DNA of 51,600 bases, from positions 1-51,600 of the forward strand of contig JASGCP010000001.1 in NCBI GenBank assembly GCA_030053995.1, given 5' to 3'. Origin of the DNA: Phycisphaerales bacterium. GTDB taxonomy: Bacteria; Bacteroidota; Bacteroidia; Chitinophagales; Chitinophagaceae. The notes beneath the pieces were generated by a model, which saw only the letters and a list, made by a program, of their open reading frames with translations, did not search any database and had not been told where the DNA came from. The translations under genes were made by a program, and so were the position numbers. Below are positions 40,436-49,675 of the stretch, in pieces; position 1 is the first letter of the stretch, and every line of letters starts with the position of its first letter.

Positions 40436-43400
40436 CTATAATTGGGTTTCATCATCAGCACTTAAATCCTCCTCAGTTTTTCTATCATCAAAACGGTAAT
40501 CCGATAACCTTTGTGCCGTATTATTATCTGTGCTTAGTTTATCAAACTCAAAATGCACCGATTCAAAATATCTTAACAAGGTAGCAAACTTATTTAATCG
40601 ATCTTGCCTGTCTAAATTTTCAGTACTAAAACTAAGGGTTATTCTATCTTGCATTCTTAAAAGCTCAAATAATTTTATACACTTGCATACATTGTTTCCA
40701 AAATACACCCACAAGCATGCGTTAGGTTTCATAAGCTGTATCCATTCATTAGTGCTAATTTTGAAAGGTTCATCTTGATATTGATAGCTTTTTATAACAA
40801 GTGGATACTCAACGCCATCTTTGAAAACCCCGTCAACTGTAGAGTATTTACCAATTCCTGTTTTAAATTCAAAACCCACGCTTTCTAATTTTTTTTTGAC
40901 AATTTCTTTTGCTACACGGTTGGCTTCAATTTGGTCATTTCGAGAGATGGGTGGAGGGTGTCCGATGCCTAATGTAGCTTTGTTTTTTTCTCTTAATTGT
41001 TCAACCTCTTTTTCTAATATATCTAATTTGTTTTGCCATAATTCATCAAAATTAAAATCGCTATTTTCTTCTAATTCTAATTTTCGTAATTCTTTTTTAA
41101 TATCAGACTTTTTATTTATATAGATATGATTTTTATCATCAATTGCAATATTACCTTCATAAAAATAATAAAATAGACAATCTTCAATTTCATCAAGTAA
41201 AACAGATTTTGGCAACGCACCTTCGTATAGATAAATCAATATCTTAGATTCTTGTTTCCAATTTTCATAATACGGTTCTTCCCATTCTGTTGATTTTTCT
41301 GCCAATTCTTCAAAATCAGATGCTTCTTCAATTTTTAAATCCTTATTGTTGGTTCGGTTGTCATTGATAACCGCAACGACCGCCTTAAATGTTTCAAATT
41401 GTTCTGTTGTTTTAAGTTTAATTTCTTTTTCTTTTAACCATTGAAACGAATTAAATAATACTGTTTGGTCTTCGTTAAAATGTGTTTCTTGTGCTAAACG
41501 GTTATTATGAAAAACATTGATTTCACCACTTAAATATTGTCGCAATTCAACTATTACAGAATTTTCAGTCCAAATACCTAAGTCTGTTAAAAAATCAATT
41601 TTGCTTTTCGCGTTGCCAATCCATTTTATCAGATAATCAGGTAGGGCTTCACTTTCACAAGCGTATTTACTTGGGAAAACAGATGTAGTTGGATTAAACC
41701 CTAAAATATTTACAGTTTCCACATCGTCAATTTTACTCCAATCAATGTTTTTGATTGCTGTCTTTTTATTTTTCTTATCCCATTGATCGAAAAGGAACTC
41801 TAAAAGACTTATTTTCCCTTCATCCGATAAGTCATTTTTGATATATGGACAAACAAATTCATCATCTTCAAAGTATGGTTTCTTAATGAGTAATAAATTG
41901 TCATTATCATCTACTTTAACAGGAAATCTTTTAAATATTTTAGTAATACCACTGTATTTGTGATGAAGTATTTCGGATTGTTGTACAAAATCAAAGTCCG
42001 TTAAATATTTATCCGTTCCTAAATCAACCTCTTCTTCCTTTACATTCAGAGCTTTAAATTGATTGAAATTTATTTTTTCAATATGTAGTCCATAAAGAAA
42101 TAAAAAAGCTAACTGTTCCGAATTAACTAACAGTTGATATTTTTCAGAAAAAATCTTAAAAACCGCTTGTAAGTCAGGCTCTTGAGTTACTCCTAAAATC
42201 TTGCGGAGCTTTTCTTTATTCAAACCAAGACTCTCAAATTGATTCATTAATCTGCTCAAAAGACCTGTATTTTCGTAATTTTCAGGTAAAATTGTAGCAA
42301 GACTAAGTTCACAATCCCCAACTTTAATATTATCAGCGGACGGCGGTATTTTTGAAATTTTTGTTCTGCCCCTGTTTGTTTGAATAAAAATTTTTTCTTT
42401 GAAATTTTGATAATCACTTTCCTTTAATTCATTACAGGCTAAGTTTAGAATTTTAAATTCATAATCCTCTTTACAATAATTTCTTTCAGAATTAATATTT
42501 ATCTCTGATATTTCTTGTAAGAATATATTTTTAGCGTCATATTTTAAAATATCTACAAGAATTTCCTTGTAATCATCTATATTATTAACATATTTTAAAA
42601 TAAATTTATACAGATCATTACCTTTTATTATGCCCTCATCATCTTTACAATTTTCTACAAACTCATACGGAATAACAAATAGATTTTGAGTGCAATTTTT
42701 GTCGATAAAATTTCTTACTTTTCCATCACCTGATTGAACTTGATAATTGTCGGTTAATTTTCTATCAATAACAAAAAAGCCATTTTTCTTCTTAATAATA
42801 AATTCCTGAAAAAAAAACTTCTTATTATCTTTATAAAAAGCAATTAATTCTTGTATTTTTTCTGAAGTAGTAAGCTGGGGTATAATTTCATCTTGTTTTA
42901 GCTGATATATTTTTGAAAAAATATCAACAGATTTAATAACTAAATAATTTTCTAATTCTGAAAAATATTCATTCTGTTTTATTTTATAGGCATTAAGCCA
43001 GCTGTATGTTTTAACATTTCCAATGAGGTTGTTGAGGGGTTTGACCAAGGAATTGCTATCACAAAATAACGATAAATTACCAAGTATGCTTTCACCTACA
43101 TTATCAAATTTCGTTTGTTCGCCTATTAGATTAAGAAATAAATTTTTCTTTTCAAATTCAGAAAGATTGTTGTTTTTGCATTTTTCAGCAATTAATTCGT
43201 AATATTTTTTGTCTTCTGGAAACTGAATTAAAGAAAATATATTTCGATGATTTTCTATTGGTATATTTGAAATTACAAATCCTAATTTTAATAATTCAGC
43301 TCTTATTTTAATTGTTTTTTTATTAATAAAAAAACAGTTTGAATAGTTAAAATTAAAACTTCCATAATTGTTCTTCGAAACAACTTCATTGAAAGAAAAA

Positions 43401-45136
43401 AAATCACCATTAGAAAACTTAAAAAGTTTGATTTTACAAATTTTCTCTTTGGTTTCTTTACGCAAATGGCAATATTCTAATTCCTTTAAAAAATCATTAT
43501 AAACTTCATCATTGCATGAGGCTATCCATTTATTAATATCTTCAATCGCCGCATTTTCCACAATATGTCCAATATCCCATTCTTTTATACCCAATTTATC
43601 TTCCTTTGCGGCTTCATCTGTTAAGATTTTATCAGCATCTTTATTCCACGCAAACCATTGAATATGTCCGAGATTAAAATCAGATAAATTTAAATTGAGC
43701 TTTGTTTTCTTTATCTTAACATTATTAATATTATTAGCAATACAACCATTTTGAGTTGGTATATTTATTTTTAGTGATTGTAAAATCTCATCATAAAATA
43801 TTGGACGCAACCAATTATTATTTTCTTTATTAGGTATATCTGATAACAACAACGCCACATACATATTTAAAAAATGATTGCGATTTGTTGTTTGGTATTC
43901 AACAAGTTTTTGAGCAATATACTTTGCAATCTCAGGAAATAAATTTTTATTTACAGCATCTTTTTGCAATTTTCTTCTATTTGCTTCGTTACTAAAACTA
44001 TCACAGTGCACTATAAAACCAAATCCATTAGTTTCATCACCCATTGGGAAATATTTGTAAAAATTAGGTCTGGATTTTAATTCACATATTTGAGTATACG
44101 CAGCTTCTTTACCAAATTCAACAGTTTTAAAACCTATTGCGAATTTTATATCGAATTCTTTGTACTCGGGGACAATTCTTTTAAATTCTTCACTTTCTTT
44201 TTTGATGCTCCCTTCCTCAAGTTGTAATGATATTTTATGTAAAACCTCATCATTGACATAAACAGTCTCTAAGCGTTTTAGTGTATTCATTGAGTATCGA
44301 ATGCCATTTATAAGTTCTGAGTAGTCCTTGTCTAGCAATTGCTTTTTACCTTCGCCAAGTTTAATAAAAAATAAACTACCTTGGTTAAGAAAATCTTTAT
44401 TTAAACTATTAGCGTGTTTATTAAAGTTTTCGTGTAGATAAGAGATTAAATTATTTAGTTCATCTTGTTGAAATAGTATTTTATCATTGTAGTCAATATC
44501 TTTTACTGTTTCGTTAGGATCCGTAGGGAAATTCGTAATTAATATCTTGAGCAAATACGGAATATCGTTATTAACATTTTCAAGCCTATCAGCATGTTCT
44601 ATTTTTTCTCCCTTCATAAGAGCGTCTAGATCCTCAAATTTAGACCAACTGAAAAGAATGGGACCTTGAAACTGCCCTACTAATTCATCTGTCCCTTCAT
44701 TTTTGCCAACCAATCTATGTGCCAATTTAAAACCAATTCCAAACCGTCCGATTGTGTCAGAATTTATTTTGGTCGATTGAGCAATATTAAGAATAGATCT
44801 TAATCCATCTTGAGTAAAAGGAACACCGTTGTTAAGTGCTAAAAAATATTCTTCATTGTAGAAAATGTAAAAGTGTGTAGAGCCACAATCAACAGCGTTT
44901 TGCAAAAATTCATAAATAGCTTGTCCATCTTCTGCTATTTTGAGTATTGAAGGTAAATAACTTGCAATATTAGGCTTATCTCCATGATACATTTCAAAAA
45001 AACCTTTGATATGCTCCCCCCTTTCTTCATAATATGTACCAACAAAATTTTCATTATATGACTGATCAGAATCCTTTAACTTCTTTACTTCAGTTTTATA
45101 CCAATTCCTAAATAATCTTGCACTTTTAATTTTCAT
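40436..45136 (-). CDS. giant sacsin/NOV-like GHKL ATPase with DUF3883-like C-terminal module
   Basis: 1566 aa. N-box IYEFLQNAVDCGS, G1-like LNNGVPF, G2 GRFGIGFK and sacsin-type FIVHCDSFSNEANRRKL. About 1000 aa in the middle are unassigned. The C-terminal segment VAKEIVKKKLESVGFEF...VDGVFKDGVEYPLVIKSYQ...FKISTNEW resembles DUF3883 (restriction-endonuclease-like fold). The tail is acidic. Its stop is 2 nt from the helicase ATG. Confidence 0.75.
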   Translation of the reverse strand: MKIKSARLFRNWYKTEVKKLKDSDQSYNENFVGTYYEERGEHIKGFFEMYHGDKPNIASYLPSILKIAEDGQAIYEFLQNAVDCGSTHFYIFYNEEYFLALNNGVPFTQDGLRSILNIAQSTKINSDTIGRFGIGFKLAHRLVGKNEGTDELVGQFQGPILFSWSKFEDLDALMKGEKIEHADRLENVNNDIPYLLKILITNFPTDPNETVKDIDYNDKILFQQDELNNLISYLHENFNKHANSLNKDFLNQGSLFFIKLGEGKKQLLDKDYSELINGIRYSMNTLKRLETVYVNDEVLHKISLQLEEGSIKKESEEFKRIVPEYKEFDIKFAIGFKTVEFGKEAAYTQICELKSRPNFYKYFPMGDETNGFGFIVHCDSFSNEANRRKLQKDAVNKNLFPEIAKYIAQKLVEYQTTNRNHFLNMYVALLLSDIPNKENNNWLRPIFYDEILQSLKINIPTQNGCIANNINNVKIKKTKLNLNLSDFNLGHIQWFAWNKDADKILTDEAAKEDKLGIKEWDIGHIVENAAIEDINKWIASCNDEVYNDFLKELEYCHLRKETKEKICKIKLFKFSNGDFFSFNEVVSKNNYGSFNFNYSNCFFINKKTIKIRAELLKLGFVISNIPIENHRNIFSLIQFPEDKKYYELIAEKCKNNNLSEFEKKNLFLNLIGEQTKFDNVGESILGNLSLFCDSNSLVKPLNNLIGNVKTYSWLNAYKIKQNEYFSELENYLVIKSVDIFSKIYQLKQDEIIPQLTTSEKIQELIAFYKDNKKFFFQEFIIKKKNGFFVIDRKLTDNYQVQSGDGKVRNFIDKNCTQNLFVIPYEFVENCKDDEGIIKGNDLYKFILKYVNNIDDYKEILVDILKYDAKNIFLQEISEININSERNYCKEDYEFKILNLACNELKESDYQNFKEKIFIQTNRGRTKISKIPPSADNIKVGDCELSLATILPENYENTGLLSRLMNQFESLGLNKEKLRKILGVTQEPDLQAVFKIFSEKYQLLVNSEQLAFLFLYGLHIEKINFNQFKALNVKEEEVDLGTDKYLTDFDFVQQSEILHHKYSGITKIFKRFPVKVDDNDNLLLIKKPYFEDDEFVCPYIKNDLSDEGKISLLEFLFDQWDKKNKKTAIKNIDWSKIDDVETVNILGFNPTTSVFPSKYACESEALPDYLIKWIGNAKSKIDFLTDLGIWTENSVIVELRQYLSGEINVFHNNRLAQETHFNEDQTVLFNSFQWLKEKEIKLKTTEQFETFKAVVAVINDNRTNNKDLKIEEASDFEELAEKSTEWEEPYYENWKQESKILIYLYEGALPKSVLLDEIEDCLFYYFYEGNIAIDDKNHIYINKKSDIKKELRKLELEENSDFNFDELWQNKLDILEKEVEQLREKNKATLGIGHPPPISRNDQIEANRVAKEIVKKKLESVGFEFKTGIGKYSTVDGVFKDGVEYPLVIKSYQYQDEPFKISTNEWIQLMKPNACLWVYFGNNVCKCIKLFELLRMQDRITLSFSTENLDRQDRLNKFATLLRYFESVHFEFDKLSTDNNTAQRLSDYRFDDRKTEEDLSADDETQL

Positions 45137-45297
45137 ATTGAAGCATTTTGCAAAAGTTCATAAACAAACCGCTGACTATCGGTATTAATGTCTCTTGAAA
45201 TAGTATCGCAAAGATTAGCCGTTGTAATAGCCTGCTCGGGATTATTATAATCCACCCTGTTTTGCGAAAGTTCATCTATAATTTTTTTTGGTTCCAT
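45133..45297 (-). pseudogene. 54-aa ORF equal to the N-terminal remnant of a second sacsin-like GHKL ATPase gene
   Basis: Manual translation: MEPKKIIDELSQNRVDYNNPEQAITTANLCDTISRDINTDSQRFVYELLQNASI*. It ends right after an ELLQNA N-box, and its TGA overlaps the ATG of the 1566-aa ORF (ATATGA). Confidence 0.5.
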
Positions 45298-45477
45298 TTT
45301 TTTAGTCTATTGTTTGCTAATGGGGATATTTTTTAAATTATCAACAAAAATTATGTACTTGGGGGATAACACAATAAATTTTAAGAGTAAAACAATTCTT
45401 ACTGCTTTGCATAATGTTTTTGTGCAAAATTAAAACAAATTTAGAGCATTTTACCCACTCAATTCCGTCATAGAGTT

Positions 45478-47070
45478 TTAATTTACTTCTATAATATAGA
45501 CAAACTTTTTAAGAACCTTCACTTGTTCCGTTAAAGGTTTTCCTACAAGTATATTTATTGTTTGGAGTTTAGGGGATATCGGTATTGAATTAATAAGATT
45601 TATTAAGTATGATGTCTTAATAGCGTATGAGACATTTTCTGCACTTGCGTGATGGGCATTGACTGTTCCTATAATATTTCCATTATCGTCAAACAATGGT
45701 CCACCACTATTACCAGGTTGAATAGGTGTTGTTATTTGATAACTAGTAACATCCCCTTGGAACCCCGTTTTAGCACTAACTATCCCATTTGTTATTTTTA
45801 CCTCATCGCCCATTGTTGCCCGCAAAGGATAACCTAAACAAAAAACTGAACTTCCTACATCTGAAACACGACTTGCGATGATATAAGGAACAGTTCCTAA
45901 AGTAGTAAAACTTGGGTCATCTATTTTTATAATTGCGAGATCATTATTTTTATCTTCAATTACAACTTTTGCCGTATAGTTTTTTGAAAAATCTCCATTA
46001 ATACCCCTTACTTGTATAGATGTTGCCCCCTTTGTAACATGATAATTTGTTACAATATATCCACTTGATGTAATTGCGTAGCCAGTTGCTGACCCTCCAC
46101 CTTCTTGATGTAAGTTAGCAATATTGTCTGTTGATGATGGAAACATTTTTATGTATAATTCTTTGTTGTTTTCCCCTGTAAATAAATTAAAATAACCTTG
46201 TTCAAATTTGATATAGTAATCGTTGTTCACACTTTTATCTAACATTATCCACTTTACCTTATAAAATAATGGCGTTGCAGTTTGTTCTAGTGTTGCTTTA
46301 ATTTCACCTTCCTCCCAATTACCTGTATTCTTAGCCCCTGACAAATAAATCAAATAATAAGTTTGATTAATTTTTCTAACTGCAACTTTATACTTTAAAA
46401 ATGAGACTGTACCACTTGAAAAAATCGAAGATGCTTCATAAATACCTTCAATTTTATCACAACCATTTAACTCTATGTAATTTTTAATCTTGTTTTCAGT
46501 CCAACAAGTTTGTAACTTAGGTAGTTTTAATGTATAATCACTATTAAAATGAGGCTTCGTATATCCATACATACTTACTAGTACATTTCTAAAATCACCT
46601 GCATTACAATAAGCATATCCCCCCCTTGGATCAACTATTTTATTAGTCGAAAAATCATATGCATAACCAGTAACGGGGGACCAAAAAGTCATGCCGATAT
46701 TGTAAAAACTAACATAATTATAGTCGAATGATATATCTACATAAACTTCTTCACAAGCATTAGAAGGTAATAGCGAGCCATCACCGTAATACCGAACACT
46801 TCTAAATCCAATATCTTCCAAATATTGTTCAAGACCATTATATGCTGGAATTTGTCCATTTATTTTTGCTTTACTATGAATAACTGCATATTTTACCCCT
46901 GATAAAAATGCATCAAAATTTGGTTTACTTGACTTCGGAATATATTTTATTATATCACACTCTTCGGCAGAGTTTGATATAAATTGCTGTTTTAAGGAAG
47001 GGTTATCAATAATCTGTCCTATGCTGCATTGTGCAAATAATAAAAAAAATAGTATGAACCTCATATACAT
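45478..47070 (-). CDS. secreted trypsin-like (S1C/HtrA-type catalytic domain) serine protease with unknown N-terminal domain
   Basis: 530 aa. Signal peptide MYMRFILFFLLFAQCSIG. Catalytic triad context TNYHVT / NDLAIIKI / GNSGGPLF in the C-terminal ~200 aa. No PDZ domain. Confidence 0.75.
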   Translation of the reverse strand: MYMRFILFFLLFAQCSIGQIIDNPSLKQQFISNSAEECDIIKYIPKSSKPNFDAFLSGVKYAVIHSKAKINGQIPAYNGLEQYLEDIGFRSVRYYGDGSLLPSNACEEVYVDISFDYNYVSFYNIGMTFWSPVTGYAYDFSTNKIVDPRGGYAYCNAGDFRNVLVSMYGYTKPHFNSDYTLKLPKLQTCWTENKIKNYIELNGCDKIEGIYEASSIFSSGTVSFLKYKVAVRKINQTYYLIYLSGAKNTGNWEEGEIKATLEQTATPLFYKVKWIMLDKSVNNDYYIKFEQGYFNLFTGENNKELYIKMFPSSTDNIANLHQEGGGSATGYAITSSGYIVTNYHVTKGATSIQVRGINGDFSKNYTAKVVIEDKNNDLAIIKIDDPSFTTLGTVPYIIASRVSDVGSSVFCLGYPLRATMGDEVKITNGIVSAKTGFQGDVTSYQITTPIQPGNSGGPLFDDNGNIIGTVNAHHASAENVSYAIKTSYLINLINSIPISPKLQTINILVGKPLTEQVKVLKKFVYIIEVN

Positions 47071-47129
47071 TAACTGTTTTATTGAATTAAAAAGCCAGCA
47101 CCCGAGACTATAAAAAAGATTATGGTGGG

Positions 47130-47213
47130 GTGCATTTTCCGGACAAGTATTTAAGATATAATTTAGTAGTTGAAAAGGAACGGTTTTGAATAAAAAATTT
47201 GGCGGTTAAAAAA
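47130..47213. repeat. intergenic repeat C, copy 1
   Basis: gtgcattttccggacaagtatttaagatataattt...ggcggttaaaaaa aligns at roughly 75-80% with 51369-51455. Weaker similarity continues for about 100 bp. Confidence 0.55.
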
Positions 47214-47380
47214 CTTACGAAAAGGGGAAAGAAAAAATCCGACATCAGAAAACATTTTGCAACTTGCTGATGTGGCACATTTTTAGCATAGATATTCCAT
47301 TTTGACGAGCAAAATTGAACATTGAACTAAACTGTCATAGAAGTACAAACTACACCTGAGATAAACTCACATTACACTAT

Positions 47381-48154
47381 TTATTTCTTTTTACACAAAT
47401 TATATCTAATTACTTGGGCTGCACCTTTCTGTTTTAAATGAGCAACTGATTTGTTAATATACAGGTTTCTAATTTCGTCTTGTGCAACTACCCCATCAAA
47501 ACCATAACCTGGTACCATAACTTTCTCTATTATATTATTTTTTTTATCAATAGTTTTATTTTTAGGTCTTGGTTTAGAGTACCAATTTTTTACTTCAAAT
47601 ACTTCAACGACAAGCCCTCTAAATTCACTCAAAACATATTTTATTTTTTCCAATCTCGACTTTTGAATTAACCAAGTTTCTTTTGTTGCTTGATAAATTG
47701 GCTCTGTTCCATTACCACGCTTATATGTTTTGTTTATGTTAATCAACACACAATCCATAGCCATTTCATTGAGTGGTTGAGCATTGTAAAGTCTTATGAT
47801 TTCCTCCGAAGTCATAAGTCCTTTTTCAATAGATTTATGCCCACCAACAACATTGGATAGTAGAATACCACAATAGGTTAAAGTATCAATTAAAGAATCT
47901 TCTATTTTAAATGCCTCATCTTCTGAAAGTCCGTGTCTGACAATAATATGATTTACTTCCTTTTTACTTTCTATAATCTCTCTTATTTTATCATATTTAG
48001 CATTTGAAGTATCAGTATCTTTTAATGCACATAAACAATGATCAAATACTCTGTTACCAACACCCTTGCCAACATAGAAAGGATTATTGTCTGTCGGATC
48101 AAGTAACACATAAACATAATATCTTAAATGCTGTATTGTTTTTTCATCAAACAT
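47381..48154 (-). CDS. GIY-YIG nuclease superfamily protein (COG3680-like)
   Basis: 257 aa. N-terminal YYVYVLLDPTDNNPFYVGKGVGNRVFDH is a GIY-YIG motif pair. The C-terminal domain is uncharacterised. Confidence 0.65.
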   Translation of the reverse strand: MFDEKTIQHLRYYVYVLLDPTDNNPFYVGKGVGNRVFDHCLCALKDTDTSNAKYDKIREIIESKKEVNHIIVRHGLSEDEAFKIEDSLIDTLTYCGILLSNVVGGHKSIEKGLMTSEEIIRLYNAQPLNEMAMDCVLININKTYKRGNGTEPIYQATKETWLIQKSRLEKIKYVLSEFRGLVVEVFEVKNWYSKPRPKNKTIDKKNNIIEKVMVPGYGFDGVVAQDEIRNLYINKSVAHLKQKGAAQVIRYNLCKKK

Positions 48155-48264
48155 TGAATTAAAATTTAAGGATTAATAAAACATCAATAATAATATATAA
48201 AAACAGCTGTTTTTTTGAACTGTCAAAAGTAGAAATTATAAAAGAAAATTATGCAAATGGATTT

Positions 48265-49242
48265 TTAATTATCTTCTTCTTTTTCTTTTAACGGGATGTG
48301 GTTTTGTTTACAATATTCTTTAATAGCTTCCTCATGGAGTAAACAAGGATCACATGTTTCATTCAATGCTTTCATTAGCACTTCATGATTTTTATCTTTA
48401 TCTTCATTTAGAATATTATTAATTTTTTCTACGAAATCTTTAAAATCATAATTGTTATTGCAAAGTTTGTCAATAGTTTTTAAGTCAATATCTTTAAACT
48501 TTGCATCAACTATGACTTTTGATCTAAATGGATTTGAATGTAATTCTATAACACCAATGCCAAAGGATTCATTAAGTCGTTCTATTTCTGAGTATAAATT
48601 AACACTAACTTTATAAGCTACTAAATAACCCAAATTTGCCCAACTTGAATTTGATACGGCTTGAAAATATTTTTCTTTTAAATCAATGTCTGTTTTAACA
48701 TCTTTTTTAATCTCATAAGAGTAGAGTTTAAATATCTTATGATTTTTTATTGTCGTCATAAATTTTCTACTTTCTGGATTTTGAAATTTATGGAACTTAA
48801 TACCAATCATATCAGGATGTGTCCATATTTGATTTTCATCTTTGCCCTTTGATTTCTCATGAGAAATTGTTTTTGACAATATTTCTATACTACCTAAATA
48901 GGAACTTAAAAGCATATGTAAAGATTTTTCTTTATATTCTTTTTCATTTGATCTATTGCTATTTTCAGTTACCCCAACCTCAAAATTTGAAAGAATAGCC
49001 GTTTCATTTTTTGCCAAGTAATAAACGTATTTTCCTTCAGAGGACTCCATTCGTTTGACTCTTGAATCGCCACTTCTAATAAAATTACCTAAGCGTGAAG
49101 AAACTGAATTCATAGGAGTTTCTGCATTTTGAAAATCGTATAGCTTTTGCTCTTGAATAAATGTGCAAATTTGTTTGAAATCTACAGGAATTTTAAAATT
49201 TTCTAAACCTTCTATAATCGCGTCTGTGAGTGTTTTTTTCAT
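48265..49242 (-). CDS. HARE-HTH (winged helix) N-terminal domain fused to a PD-(D/E)xK-like nuclease domain
   Basis: 325 aa. The N-terminus LTDAIIEGLENFKIPVDFKQICTFIQEQKLY...SVSSRLGNFI...YYL is HARE-HTH-like. The C-terminal half has THPDMIG ... SYEIKK ... QAVSNSSWANLGYLVA, a PD...ExK arrangement. Resembles the COG2958 layout from memory. Confidence 0.5.
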   Translation of the reverse strand: MKKTLTDAIIEGLENFKIPVDFKQICTFIQEQKLYDFQNAETPMNSVSSRLGNFIRSGDSRVKRMESSEGKYVYYLAKNETAILSNFEVGVTENSNRSNEKEYKEKSLHMLLSSYLGSIEILSKTISHEKSKGKDENQIWTHPDMIGIKFHKFQNPESRKFMTTIKNHKIFKLYSYEIKKDVKTDIDLKEKYFQAVSNSSWANLGYLVAYKVSVNLYSEIERLNESFGIGVIELHSNPFRSKVIVDAKFKDIDLKTIDKLCNNNYDFKDFVEKINNILNEDKDKNHEVLMKALNETCDPCLLHEEAIKEYCKQNHIPLKEKEEDN

Positions 49243-49298
49243 AGTCTTTTAAATTTTTCATGAGGAGTTACTACACCCCTCGGTTAATAATTTTAGCA

Positions 49299-49320
49299 AT
49301 ATATATATATATATATATAT
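49299..49320. repeat. (AT)11 dinucleotide microsatellite
   Basis: 22 nt of perfectly alternating AT, 57 bp upstream of the ATG at 49242 on the minus strand. Confidence 0.95.
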
Positions 49321-49675
49321 TAGTTAATTTTTTGTTAAAATATTGGTTGGTTTTTTGTTAAAGCATAGTTTTGTGACAGTGTTATGCACAATCTTCATAA
49401 AAACCTATAAAGGTTTTGGGAAAGCGACCGCAAAAAAAATCCCCTCATAAAATATACGAAGGGATTTTAAAATAAATTCGGTGGCTACCTACTCGCTCAA
49501 ATACAATCTCAATTATTTTTTAAAAAGCATTACCCTTATAATATTTTACTCGTCCTTATAGTCATAGTACCGATTATTTAATACTGTTCCCCAAAAAATA
49601 TGCAAATGTCATTTTAAATTAGAATACCTTTGTGCAATGTATCTGAAGGATTAATATTCTAAAATATAATGTCTC

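Noticed and set aside
40436-45136. The 1566-aa protein considered as a polymorphic toxin/RHS-type or surface repeat protein because of its size.
   Set aside because: It has no signal peptide, no YD/RHS or Ig-like repeats and no C-terminal toxin cassette. A clear GHKL ATPase signature and tight coupling to a helicase point to an intracellular nucleic-acid-related function.
49299-49320. (AT)11 tract and other short tandem repeats (11-bp x 2.8 at 6476-6506) considered as CRISPR-like or minisatellite arrays.
   Set aside because: There is no repeat-spacer architecture and no cas genes. These are simple slippage repeats.
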